DNA from: Fibrobacteria bacterium
GTDB taxonomy: Bacteria; Fibrobacterota; Fibrobacteria; UBA11236
Assembly (NCBI GenBank): GCA_043745805.1
Contig: JAYTSD010000040.1
Coordinates: forward strand, 1 to 64,000
Length of the DNA stretch: 64,000 nt
Reading direction: 5' to 3'
The notes beneath the pieces were generated by a model. The model saw nothing but the letters and a program-made list of their open reading frames with translations. It was not told the DNA's origin and ran no database searches. Positions 38,260-46,982 of this stretch are shown here, in pieces; position 1 is the first letter of the stretch, and each line of letters begins with the position of its first letter. A program made the position numbers and the translations under genes.

Positions 38260-39314
38260 GCTAAAAGCTCCAGTTTAAAGGCTATTTGTGGCAGGCTTTG
38301 GGGCATGATAACTTTGCGGGGAATTAAAAAGGGATTTTCATCTTTTCGCATGGCGCGTTCTTCGGTGGTAAAGGATAATTCTACACCTGAAGAGGATGTT
38401 TTTGTTTCATCATTTTCAGTTAAAACATGATAAGGGTAACCTATAATTCCTCCCACATCCACTGATTCTCCAAATGGATAAGCAAAGTATTTAGCGGGAA
38501 AGTTTTCTTTACGTAATTCCACAAGTCCATTTATAATTTCAGATTTACATTCCGATTCAGGAATGCGCGCTAAGGATGGATGGGTTTGAGTATGTCCCCC
38601 GATTAGGAAACCGTTTTCTTCCATTGCTTTGGCTTGGTTTACGGTCATAGTTTGACAAATTGGAGTTAATGACAAGGAATCTTGCTGGTCTTTTAAAACA
38701 TTTAATAAGTGGTTACGGCTGACAATAGAAAGTCCCTTAGTTAAATCCAGAACCTTCTGTTGATGGTCTTTTTGACGAGAGGATTTAAACTTTTCAATGG
38801 CAAGAAGTAAGTCCTTCGGTAACATCGAAATTAATTCATGGGGAAAGATATTTCCATTCCAATGATGCAAGTATACCCAAATGCTATCGTACCAATAGGG
38901 AGTACGATGAATTAAGGGACCAGTAGCTATAAAAAAAGCTGCAGGCATTTTGTATTTTTGCAACAAAGGGTAAACCGTTTCAAAATTATCAGAGTATCCA
39001 TCATCAAAGGTTAAGGCAATGGCATCACGATTTAAAGTTTTTTGGCTTAAAAATTTACTTACTTGATACAGTGATAATCTATCAAAGCGTCGGGTATACC
39101 AAGTGAGTTGTTTGCAAAATTCAACGGGGCTTGCCGAAAGGGCAGGAATACCTAGGTTACTGTCAATGCGATGGTAACAGAGCACAATAAGTCGTGGACC
39201 TTTCAGTATGCATCGAACTTTACCAGCAAGTCGTAAAAGTCCAGTAACCCACAAAAAATTAGCGAGTAAAAGTTTAAACCGGAACATGTTCAGGTTCAGT
39301 GGTGGAGATTTCAT
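38247..39314 (-). CDS. Polysaccharide deacetylase (CE4/NodB)
   Basis: VLCYHRI, ALTFDDGYSDN, IGGHTQTHPSL, FAYPFG. Confidence 0.9.
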   Translation of the reverse strand: MKSPPLNLNMFRFKLLLANFLWVTGLLRLAGKVRCILKGPRLIVLCYHRIDSNLGIPALSASPVEFCKQLTWYTRRFDRLSLYQVSKFLSQKTLNRDAIALTFDDGYSDNFETVYPLLQKYKMPAAFFIATGPLIHRTPYWYDSIWVYLHHWNGNIFPHELISMLPKDLLLAIEKFKSSRQKDHQQKVLDLTKGLSIVSRNHLLNVLKDQQDSLSLTPICQTMTVNQAKAMEENGFLIGGHTQTHPSLARIPESECKSEIINGLVELRKENFPAKYFAYPFGESVDVGGIIGYPYHVLTENDETKTSSSGVELSFTTEERAMRKDENPFLIPRKVIMPQSLPQIAFKLELLAWRK

Positions 39315-40806
39315 TTTTGTCTAGTTGATTGAGGCTTACTAACATGGCTGAGATTAAAACAATTAATCCTATGACCGACTCTTTGCGCAAAGATACATCA
39401 AACATATTCGCTAGACCTAAACCCGCAAAAGTAGCGACACCAGTTAACCCGATTGAAAAATGTAATTCACTATTACGTTTTATAACTGCGAAAGCCAATT
39501 TCAAGTAGGTCCAGAGTATTGCCAATAAAATTAACAAAGCCGGAATACCCGATTCGGCGGCAACCAAAAGAAAGGCATTATGCACGGGTTGCTGAATGAT
39601 ATGGGTGATATGATTGGGATCATAATGAATCATATTTTCTTCAAAACTATTTAGCCCTATACCCACAAAGGGCTGGGATTGAATCATTTCCAAAGCAACC
39701 GATGCCAAATCAAACCGAGAATCAAAGGCTTTTTCATCGGTACGAAACACGCGCGTTAACATGGTATCAAACACCCCCGACGCAAAAAGCACCCCAAATA
39801 AAAAGATACAGACGCTTGCGATGGCTATCACATAGCCGATAGAAAGTCTTTTGGTTTTTAATGCCCAATAGGCAATAAATATGGCATCCAATGCAAAGAC
39901 CATCCATCCATTGCGCGAGAACGTCAGGATTAAAGAAATTAAGCCTGCAAATAGAAAAGGAAACACGGCGATTTTATAAATATTGCGGACTCTAGAAAAT
40001 AAAATAATCAAACATATGGAACAAATCACCGTAAGGTAGGCAGCGAAAGTGTTACTATGACCCAAAACCCCGGTGACTCGCTGAATGATTTCATTATCTA
40101 CCAAATCAACATCGGTACTTGCTACCCCACCTACCGGAATTGGAAATTGGAAAAAAAAGAAATATTGTAATAAAGATACTATTCCCTGAATAGCTAGAAT
40201 CCCAATATTGATAGCCAATATTCCCCAATAATAAATGGGTTTATCTAAATAAGTGCGTAATATCCAGTACAAAACAAAATATTTAAGATAGCGGATAATT
40301 TCAAAAATAAAGAAACCATATTCTTCCGTGGTATAGAGGGAGAGTAGACTAACACTAAATAACACTGCCAACAGAGAGTCAAGACTTGACCAATGAGGTA
40401 ACCTTTTGACCCCTAAGCGTAAATCAACTAGCCACATGATTAGTAATAATATTATTGGTAAGTCTACCAAATTAATTACCGGTTCCGCCAAAGCTCCACC
40501 GAAATGATCAATGAATGAGAATTTGCTTCCATGCGAAAAAACATTATATTGAAAACCAATGGGAATACATACGGCAAGCAACCATACACCAAAAAGGCGC
40601 TTGTCATTAAAAAGTAGGCCCACGGCCAAGCCGAGATAAGCCATGCAAACCATGGCCAACCATTTGCCACCCATTGAAAAAGATTGAATCAAGCCGAAAC
40701 CTAAAATTGTGGCAGTAATTACAATAGGCGCAAACGACGCTAAACGTCCCCAACGTTTTTCGAGGGGACTATTTAGATTTTTTGCCATTGAAGATAAACT
40801 AGCCAT
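39274..40806 (-). CDS. Wzy/O-antigen ligase-family polymerase
   Basis: Multi-pass; RVTGVLGHSNTFAAYL, LTFSRNGW, PFVGIGLNSF, PVHNAFLLVAAESGI. Location in a Wzx/Wza/Wzc locus favours a polymerase. Confidence 0.85.
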   Translation of the reverse strand: MASLSSMAKNLNSPLEKRWGRLASFAPIVITATILGFGLIQSFSMGGKWLAMVCMAYLGLAVGLLFNDKRLFGVWLLAVCIPIGFQYNVFSHGSKFSFIDHFGGALAEPVINLVDLPIILLLIMWLVDLRLGVKRLPHWSSLDSLLAVLFSVSLLSLYTTEEYGFFIFEIIRYLKYFVLYWILRTYLDKPIYYWGILAINIGILAIQGIVSLLQYFFFFQFPIPVGGVASTDVDLVDNEIIQRVTGVLGHSNTFAAYLTVICSICLIILFSRVRNIYKIAVFPFLFAGLISLILTFSRNGWMVFALDAIFIAYWALKTKRLSIGYVIAIASVCIFLFGVLFASGVFDTMLTRVFRTDEKAFDSRFDLASVALEMIQSQPFVGIGLNSFEENMIHYDPNHITHIIQQPVHNAFLLVAAESGIPALLILLAILWTYLKLAFAVIKRNSELHFSIGLTGVATFAGLGLANMFDVSLRKESVIGLIVLISAMLVSLNQLDKNEISTTEPEHVPV

Positions 40807-40825
40807 AGTAAGCGAAATTTTCGTT

Positions 40826-42814
40826 TTAAAATAATCGCTGATAAAGAAATTCGGGAATCACATCTTGTCTTCGATTAAAAAGACAGCCTATTAAATTTCC
40901 TTGATGTCTTTTAATTAAATCAGACATTCGACTTAAGGCAGGTTTGCTAGTAATATTATATGCTGCAACCAAAATTACTTTTTCGACTACAGGTACAAAT
41001 TTGAGGTATAAAGAATCGCCACGCTGTGAACTCGCATCAATCAAAATATATTGCGCACCGTTTTGGTGCAGGGCTGCTAATAATTTACGCATAGGATTAT
41101 CATAAAGGCTTAGTTGCTTTGGCGAAACAGCTAAACATAAATGCAGCACTCCCACTTCATCCTTTTCCATATATTGGTTTAAGGGAAAGTTCGAAGAACA
41201 GGCCGAGGATAGGTCTGCTTGTTTGGGAAGCGGATCACCATAGGTAAAAGTTAACACAACGGTTTGTCCATTGGGAGAAATTAATCTCGCCAAATTATCG
41301 CATAAAAAAGTGGTTCCGGCTTCATTGGAAGGGGAGGTAAGCAACAAAGTATGTAACATAGACGGTTCGTTAACTTGCATGTTATTTCGAAACAAACTGT
41401 TACCAAGGGGGATAAGATCACGAGCCAGCTGCATGGCCGAGGAATTCTGATCTGCTCCCTCTTTAAGAGAGTATTCGGGAAGGGAAGCCAGTACAGGAAG
41501 CTTGCTAGTATGTTCCACATCGGCTACAGTTAAAACCTTTAAGGATAATTTATCTAAACTGATTACATATACGGCACCAAAAACGAAACCGAAAAATATC
41601 GAAATAATTAAAATAGGGATTCTTTTTGGAAAGACAGGTGTGGCATCGGCCACTGCATATTCTACTACACGAGCGCCAGCTATGGCGGCTTTATCCATGG
41701 CTTGGGAAATAAGTATTTCATCGGTTTTTTCACGATTCAGTTGAAAAATTCTATCTAAATCTTCAATGTCTTGTTTAAGTCTATCAATGTTGATTTTAAA
41801 ATGATCCAGTTTTGATAATTGCAGACGATAAGTAAAAGCTAAGGATTTCCAAGTGTTTAAACTACGATTCGATCTTTGTTGGATTAAATTTTTTAGCTCT
41901 TCTATTTCTTGTTTGCTAGCAATAGATTTGCGATCATCTCCTGCATAGCGAGTCGTAAGTTCGATACGACGCATTTCGGCATCCGTCAGTTTTTTGGAAA
42001 GTTCTGCGATGGCTGGATCTTCGGAAAGGCTACCATAAACATCAGGAGAAAGGTTTTTATGATTGGCATTTTCAAGAAGTTGGATTTTATTTTCCGCGTC
42101 GCTCAATTTTTCCAATAAACTATGTCTTTGGGTTTCCACGTCGGAAATTGAATTTTCTTTGGAAAATTTATTAAGAGAATCTTCGGCAGTTCGTAACCTT
42201 GCGGCGCTAAGCTCCATTTCCTTTTTTACGGTTTCTAAAACATAAGCATTTCCATGCACTTTAATATGATGTAATAAGTAAGCCTCCACTAAACTATTCA
42301 CGATGTCTCTGGCAAGTTCTGGTGAGCTTTTTTTTAGTTTGACGGTAATGATATTTGTCCTTTTAACAAAGTCTACATTTACTTTGCGGCGTAAATCCTC
42401 AATGGCCGCCTCACGGGGCGGAGTATTGGGTTTAAGTCCTATTGTGACTAAGCTATTATGGATCCCCTGAAAAATCCAATAAGCACACCATTTTAGTAGT
42501 TTAGAAGATGGAGGAGGATCATTTCGATCCAAGTGATTTTCATCCACTACTTTAGCCAATACTGGGTAACTCGTAAGTAATTCTACCTCGCTACCTACAT
42601 CTTCCATAGAAACTTGCATGTAACTGCTGCGTGCATCACGTTCGTCGGGAAGAAAAGGTTTTTTAAAGCGGCTAGTTGTGAGCAGCAATGTAGATTTGCC
42701 AAGATAACTAGACGGTAAAATATAGGCCAAGATCATGGGAATAATAACCATGCAGGCGAAGAAGGTTAAAAATGCGCGTTTACGACGAAACAGAGTAGTT
42801 AATATTTCTTTCAC
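40826..42814 (-). CDS. Wzc/GumC-type polysaccharide co-polymerase with a degenerate kinase domain
   Basis: N-terminal TM, SEVELLTS, coiled coils, PVFPKR, second TM, LPVLASLP. The C-terminal P-loop reads TSPSNEAGTT. Confidence 0.85.
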   Translation of the reverse strand: MKEILTTLFRRKRAFLTFFACMVIIPMILAYILPSSYLGKSTLLLTTSRFKKPFLPDERDARSSYMQVSMEDVGSEVELLTSYPVLAKVVDENHLDRNDPPPSSKLLKWCAYWIFQGIHNSLVTIGLKPNTPPREAAIEDLRRKVNVDFVKRTNIITVKLKKSSPELARDIVNSLVEAYLLHHIKVHGNAYVLETVKKEMELSAARLRTAEDSLNKFSKENSISDVETQRHSLLEKLSDAENKIQLLENANHKNLSPDVYGSLSEDPAIAELSKKLTDAEMRRIELTTRYAGDDRKSIASKQEIEELKNLIQQRSNRSLNTWKSLAFTYRLQLSKLDHFKINIDRLKQDIEDLDRIFQLNREKTDEILISQAMDKAAIAGARVVEYAVADATPVFPKRIPILIISIFFGFVFGAVYVISLDKLSLKVLTVADVEHTSKLPVLASLPEYSLKEGADQNSSAMQLARDLIPLGNSLFRNNMQVNEPSMLHTLLLTSPSNEAGTTFLCDNLARLISPNGQTVVLTFTYGDPLPKQADLSSACSSNFPLNQYMEKDEVGVLHLCLAVSPKQLSLYDNPMRKLLAALHQNGAQYILIDASSQRGDSLYLKFVPVVEKVILVAAYNITSKPALSRMSDLIKRHQGNLIGCLFNRRQDVIPEFLYQRLF

Positions 42815-42821
42815 AATAGCC

Positions 42822-43886
42822 TCAAGGAATCACTAAACCGGTAACAGGAATACTCAATCCAATAGCCACAGGCAAATTGCGCCTTAGGTATTGGTCCACA
42901 AAAATATTTAAATCGCTTATCGCGGAACGGGGAACAAAAACCAAATCTCCACCGGTTAATTGCAATTGGGTGGCTACCATCAGATCTTTTTGCAAATTGT
43001 ATTTGCTGATGGTAACTTTGCCATCGCGTTTTTGAACCAGTATAATATCTTCCAAATGTGCGCTGGGTAGCCATCCTTCGGATAAACCTAATGCAGCTGT
43101 TAGGGAAATGGGTCCACTGACATCAAATGATCCTGGACGGCGCAATTCTCCTAGTAAGGTTATTAACCTGGAAGTTCCGCCCACTAAGTTTGCGGTAACT
43201 TCAATACCCGGAATAATACTTCTATACACTTCTTGTAATTGATGATTTAATTCTTTGGGTGTTTTACCCACAACTTCCAGAAAACCTAATTGTGGAAAAA
43301 CCGCATTTCCATCGACGCCCACTGTAGTTTCATAATTCGTGCCTGGTTTACCTGAGCCGGATAAGCCTTGTATCAAGGCATCTATTTTTCCGGCGAAGCG
43401 CGTGGGGACAAGGGTAACTCGTGCGGACCGTACCATAGGTTGATAACTTTTTTCAGCGGCGGTACGAAGTTCCTTCAAAGTTTTCCCTGCTGCCGGAATG
43501 GGATCTAAAAAAGCAAAATAAATATTCCCATCGGGGGCAACGGTAGAAGTGCGGGTCAGGTCTTCTCGATCTTGCACGGTGACTTGAATTTCATCTCCTT
43601 GTTGTAATTGGTAATTTTCAAATACCGTATCTCTCAAGTTACGCATAAAAGTCAAGATTACTTTGTCGCCCGATTGAACATGATAATCCAGCTTTACTTC
43701 GGTAGCAGGTGCTTGCAGGGAGGCCCAACGATATTTAGCATCGAATGAACACGCGCCTAAGCAAAAACCAATTAGCAGCAGCAACGAAATGTTAGGCTTT
43801 CGACTAAAAATATAGTCCACCTTCGGGTCCAAAATAGGCAATTTTTCCTCCAAAATTTTATTTGAGTTAGTTTGATATTTTTTCAA
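42822..43886 (-). CDS. wza: Wza-like polysaccharide export lipoprotein (two Poly_export domains plus SLBB)
   Basis: Lipobox CLGAC; YQLQQGDEI..VAPDGNIYF..AAGKTL; VGVDGNAVFPQLG..VVGKTP; LGELRRPG; LTGGDLVFVPRS. Confidence 0.85.
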   Translation of the reverse strand: MKKYQTNSNKILEEKLPILDPKVDYIFSRKPNISLLLLIGFCLGACSFDAKYRWASLQAPATEVKLDYHVQSGDKVILTFMRNLRDTVFENYQLQQGDEIQVTVQDREDLTRTSTVAPDGNIYFAFLDPIPAAGKTLKELRTAAEKSYQPMVRSARVTLVPTRFAGKIDALIQGLSGSGKPGTNYETTVGVDGNAVFPQLGFLEVVGKTPKELNHQLQEVYRSIIPGIEVTANLVGGTSRLITLLGELRRPGSFDVSGPISLTAALGLSEGWLPSAHLEDIILVQKRDGKVTISKYNLQKDLMVATQLQLTGGDLVFVPRSAISDLNIFVDQYLRRNLPVAIGLSIPVTGLVIP

Positions 43887-46122
43887 TTTTACTTTCCAAA
43901 AAAACTATTCCATAAGGGGGAAACTTGTAAGTATCCCTTGAGTTAAAGGTTTTTTTATTGTTAAGCGGCCACAGAACTTTAGCTTGATTGGGAATTAAGA
44001 TTCGGCCTGAAGCAAAGCGTAATTCCGCTACAAGGGAATCGCCAGTGAGATTGATATAACCTATAGCTGTTCGGCCATCATTTAGGCGGTAAGCGGAGTA
44101 AAGTAATTTTTGGGTATTAACCACAAAATTTTTTCCAGAAGCTTTGCCCTCTAGTCTCCAAGGTAACTTGGGTTGATGATCTAAAGGTAGTAAGGTGGCT
44201 TGCCGTAAAAATACTCCTGCATCACTTTTCCATAAGGCGGAGGCTTCTTCCATAAAACGGCGTTGTAAGTTATTTACCTTTTCATAAGGTATGATTTTCA
44301 TCCAAACCGCAGCTGCAGGTTGGCGTCCATTTATCAAATTAACGGCCTGGGCATATAGAGCAACTGTGGGATCCTCGCCTTCTTGGCTAATGGGGGCGCT
44401 ATCTCCGCCGTATCCGATAGCATATTCATGGTATAGGTAATTGAAAAGGGAAACTCCTGTGATACCCTTCCCATCGCGAGGCCAAAAGCCTTCCATATAA
44501 TCACGAGTATGAAAAAGATGCACAAAGGGAATAAATAATTCGCCCGGCTCTTCAAGCGAGAGAATGACTTCAGGGTTGGCATGGGAAAGAGAGTCCAATA
44601 ATTTTGTGGTGGAGTTAACCATGGAGTTACCTCCTACCGGAGGGTGACCATGCTTCGCAGAAAAACAAGGGGGCGTGCCGCCACCGATTACTTGATCCAA
44701 TTGTATTCTATTGATGCCATAGGCGCGTATTTGTTTAAAAGCATCGGCAACCATTTTTTTGCCTAAACTCGTAGAAGGACAGAGCGTGGCGAGCTTCCCC
44801 GTACCTTCGGTGGCTTGACCTTGAATCAGTATTTGCCCATCGGCGCCTTGAATAGCCGCTTCTTCCAAAGCCTTGCGGTTGGGCAGATTGGCTTTATACG
44901 CAGCCGCTCCGTGACGTGCTGTTTTATCCAAGGTGACATTATAACCGGATAAATAAACCATGGCCTGTTGATTTTGTTGATGTAGTGATTGAACAAGATC
45001 GCGAAAATTATTGTCGCCGCCATACGGTGGAAAATAATCGGGAGCTATCCAGGGTCCGAGTTTTTCCCATGAAAGTAGTAGAGCAGTAATGGGCATTGAC
45101 AAACCTTTGCTCCAACTTTTTACAATGCCGGGAATTTCTGGAAGGCGATTGGTAGCCTTATCGTCCATCCCCCCTTCACGCAAATTTAAACCTAGGGTAA
45201 AAGTGTTTCCATTTATATCCGAGGGCATTTTTCGATTAATTAAAAGTTTTTGACACCAGGATTGATTCCGAGCCCAAAGTTTGTAAATATCGGCCGCTCT
45301 TTCCCATCCATCGTCAAAGGCTCCTACTTCAATGGTATAGGGCAAATTAATATTGGGAGGATCTAGGTGATACAGAATATTTTCGAAAGTAAGTATCAAT
45401 TGCTTACCAAATCTTTGCAAGATAAGGAGTTTAAAGTTTCCCCCTCCATCGGCTGCAAAAAAAACCATGCCACCTTGTTTATCGTAGGCGGCAAGCAATT
45501 GGGCAGAGGCTAATCCAGGATAGTTATAGCTGCGTTTTTCTCCATCTTTTAATACCTTAGCTGGATTTTCTAAAATGGCTCCGTCGGCAACAGGCAATAA
45601 AATAGATGATTCTTTTTCTTTATCGAGTTCTAAGCCAATGCCAGGCATTCTTGCAATGCCAATACGATATTCAGGTTTCGTTAATTTGAACGACATGGAA
45701 AAACTTGCGGTTAAGCTTTTGGGTTTGAGTCGGATTTGCTGACGAGCCGTTAATTCATATTTGGAATATTCGGCCTTTAGTTCAATGGTTTGGGAATCCA
45801 CACTTCTTAGTTCTAAGGAGCTTGCCTGCGAAGGATCAAGCGTAACCGGTTTGTTACCTTTGTATAGATCGATTTGATATAGGGGAATGGAGGATTGCGG
45901 AACCACCAAATTCCTTTTTTGAGATTTTGAGCTGAACTCTTCGAGTATCGCCGATTTTGGGGTAACCTTTACGGTGAGATGTAAATATTCGTTTTCCAAG
46001 GATAAGCTTTGATCGGCATTAGCCGCAGTGGGTGTAACTATCCCTAGGCACCCAAAGCAAAAAGCAAAGAAATAAAGGAACTCCTGTAATTTAAACAGGA
46101 GTGGGCGCGAAAAGAAAATCAT
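43867..46122 (-). CDS. Exported glycoside-hydrolase-like protein (DUF6259-like TIM barrel)
   Basis: Signal peptide; YNYPGLASAQ, GWERAADIYKLWA, WEKLGPWIAPDYFPPYGG, QLDQ, CFSAKHGHP, SLEEPGE, LFNYLYHEY. Confidence 0.6.
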   Translation of the reverse strand: MIFFSRPLLFKLQEFLYFFAFCFGCLGIVTPTAANADQSLSLENEYLHLTVKVTPKSAILEEFSSKSQKRNLVVPQSSIPLYQIDLYKGNKPVTLDPSQASSLELRSVDSQTIELKAEYSKYELTARQQIRLKPKSLTASFSMSFKLTKPEYRIGIARMPGIGLELDKEKESSILLPVADGAILENPAKVLKDGEKRSYNYPGLASAQLLAAYDKQGGMVFFAADGGGNFKLLILQRFGKQLILTFENILYHLDPPNINLPYTIEVGAFDDGWERAADIYKLWARNQSWCQKLLINRKMPSDINGNTFTLGLNLREGGMDDKATNRLPEIPGIVKSWSKGLSMPITALLLSWEKLGPWIAPDYFPPYGGDNNFRDLVQSLHQQNQQAMVYLSGYNVTLDKTARHGAAAYKANLPNRKALEEAAIQGADGQILIQGQATEGTGKLATLCPSTSLGKKMVADAFKQIRAYGINRIQLDQVIGGGTPPCFSAKHGHPPVGGNSMVNSTTKLLDSLSHANPEVILSLEEPGELFIPFVHLFHTRDYMEGFWPRDGKGITGVSLFNYLYHEYAIGYGGDSAPISQEGEDPTVALYAQAVNLINGRQPAAAVWMKIIPYEKVNNLQRRFMEEASALWKSDAGVFLRQATLLPLDHQPKLPWRLEGKASGKNFVVNTQKLLYSAYRLNDGRTAIGYINLTGDSLVAELRFASGRILIPNQAKVLWPLNNKKTFNSRDTYKFPPYGIVFLESKIEKISN

Positions 46123-46982
46123 GGTTGGAAAATATGAAATTTAATAAACCGCTGACTTTGTAAATAGCGATGAAATTTCATTTCTTCGTCCGAAACCACC
46201 CTTTTCCGTTTTTCAATCATGGCTTTGAAAAACCCGAATAGCATACAGAAGGTACGTAACAAGTAAGGACGATAAATACAATTAAACCCAGCGCGTAGAA
46301 TTAAAAACCAAGGGGCATAGCCGGTAAGGTAAGCGTTACGTCCATCACGTATCATGCCATCCATATATCCATTACGTGTTCCCATGCGGCGAATATGGTG
46401 ATATTCCAAGTCATGAATAACGTGGACCTTAAAATTACGCATACGCATTCTTAAAATATCTACGGTATCCCAACCCACGGAACTAACCCAATTCCCAATT
46501 TCATGCAGAAAGGCTCTTCGATAAATCCGAGCTGTTCCAGAAGGAAAACGATCCCCATGGCGCTCCAACATTTTTTTGCCATTCTCAAAGGTAAATGGAT
46601 GACCGCTTACCATACCCATAAGTGGATCTGTATCGAAGAGAGCTAGAATGCGCTCTAAGTATTCCGGCGGTAAATTTAAATCGGCATCAATTTTGCCAAT
46701 ATATTCGCTTGGCTTTGTGGCGATTTGTGCTAGTCCAAAATTAAGCACTTGCGCGACACCTTGTCCTACTAAATCGTAGCCTCTATCGGGAAGCCTGATC
46801 ATTTGAATCCACGGGTAACGAGAAGCATACTGTTCCACAAGAACATCGCTTCCATCACTTACTCCATCTGCTAATACTAAAAGTAAGTCAGGGATGATGG
46901 TTTGTTTGGTCAAACATTTTAAAGTGGTTTCTATGGTGGCTATTTCATTTCGCATTGGCATTAGTAAAATTATGCTATTCAT
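46119..46982 (-). CDS. Glycosyltransferase family 2
   Basis: PMRNE, DGVSDGS, KIDAD (DxD), GWDTVD, HHIRRMG. Confidence 0.9.
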   Translation of the reverse strand: MNSIILLMPMRNEIATIETTLKCLTKQTIIPDLLLVLADGVSDGSDVLVEQYASRYPWIQMIRLPDRGYDLVGQGVAQVLNFGLAQIATKPSEYIGKIDADLNLPPEYLERILALFDTDPLMGMVSGHPFTFENGKKMLERHGDRFPSGTARIYRRAFLHEIGNWVSSVGWDTVDILRMRMRNFKVHVIHDLEYHHIRRMGTRNGYMDGMIRDGRNAYLTGYAPWFLILRAGFNCIYRPYLLRTFCMLFGFFKAMIEKRKRVVSDEEMKFHRYLQSQRFIKFHIFQP

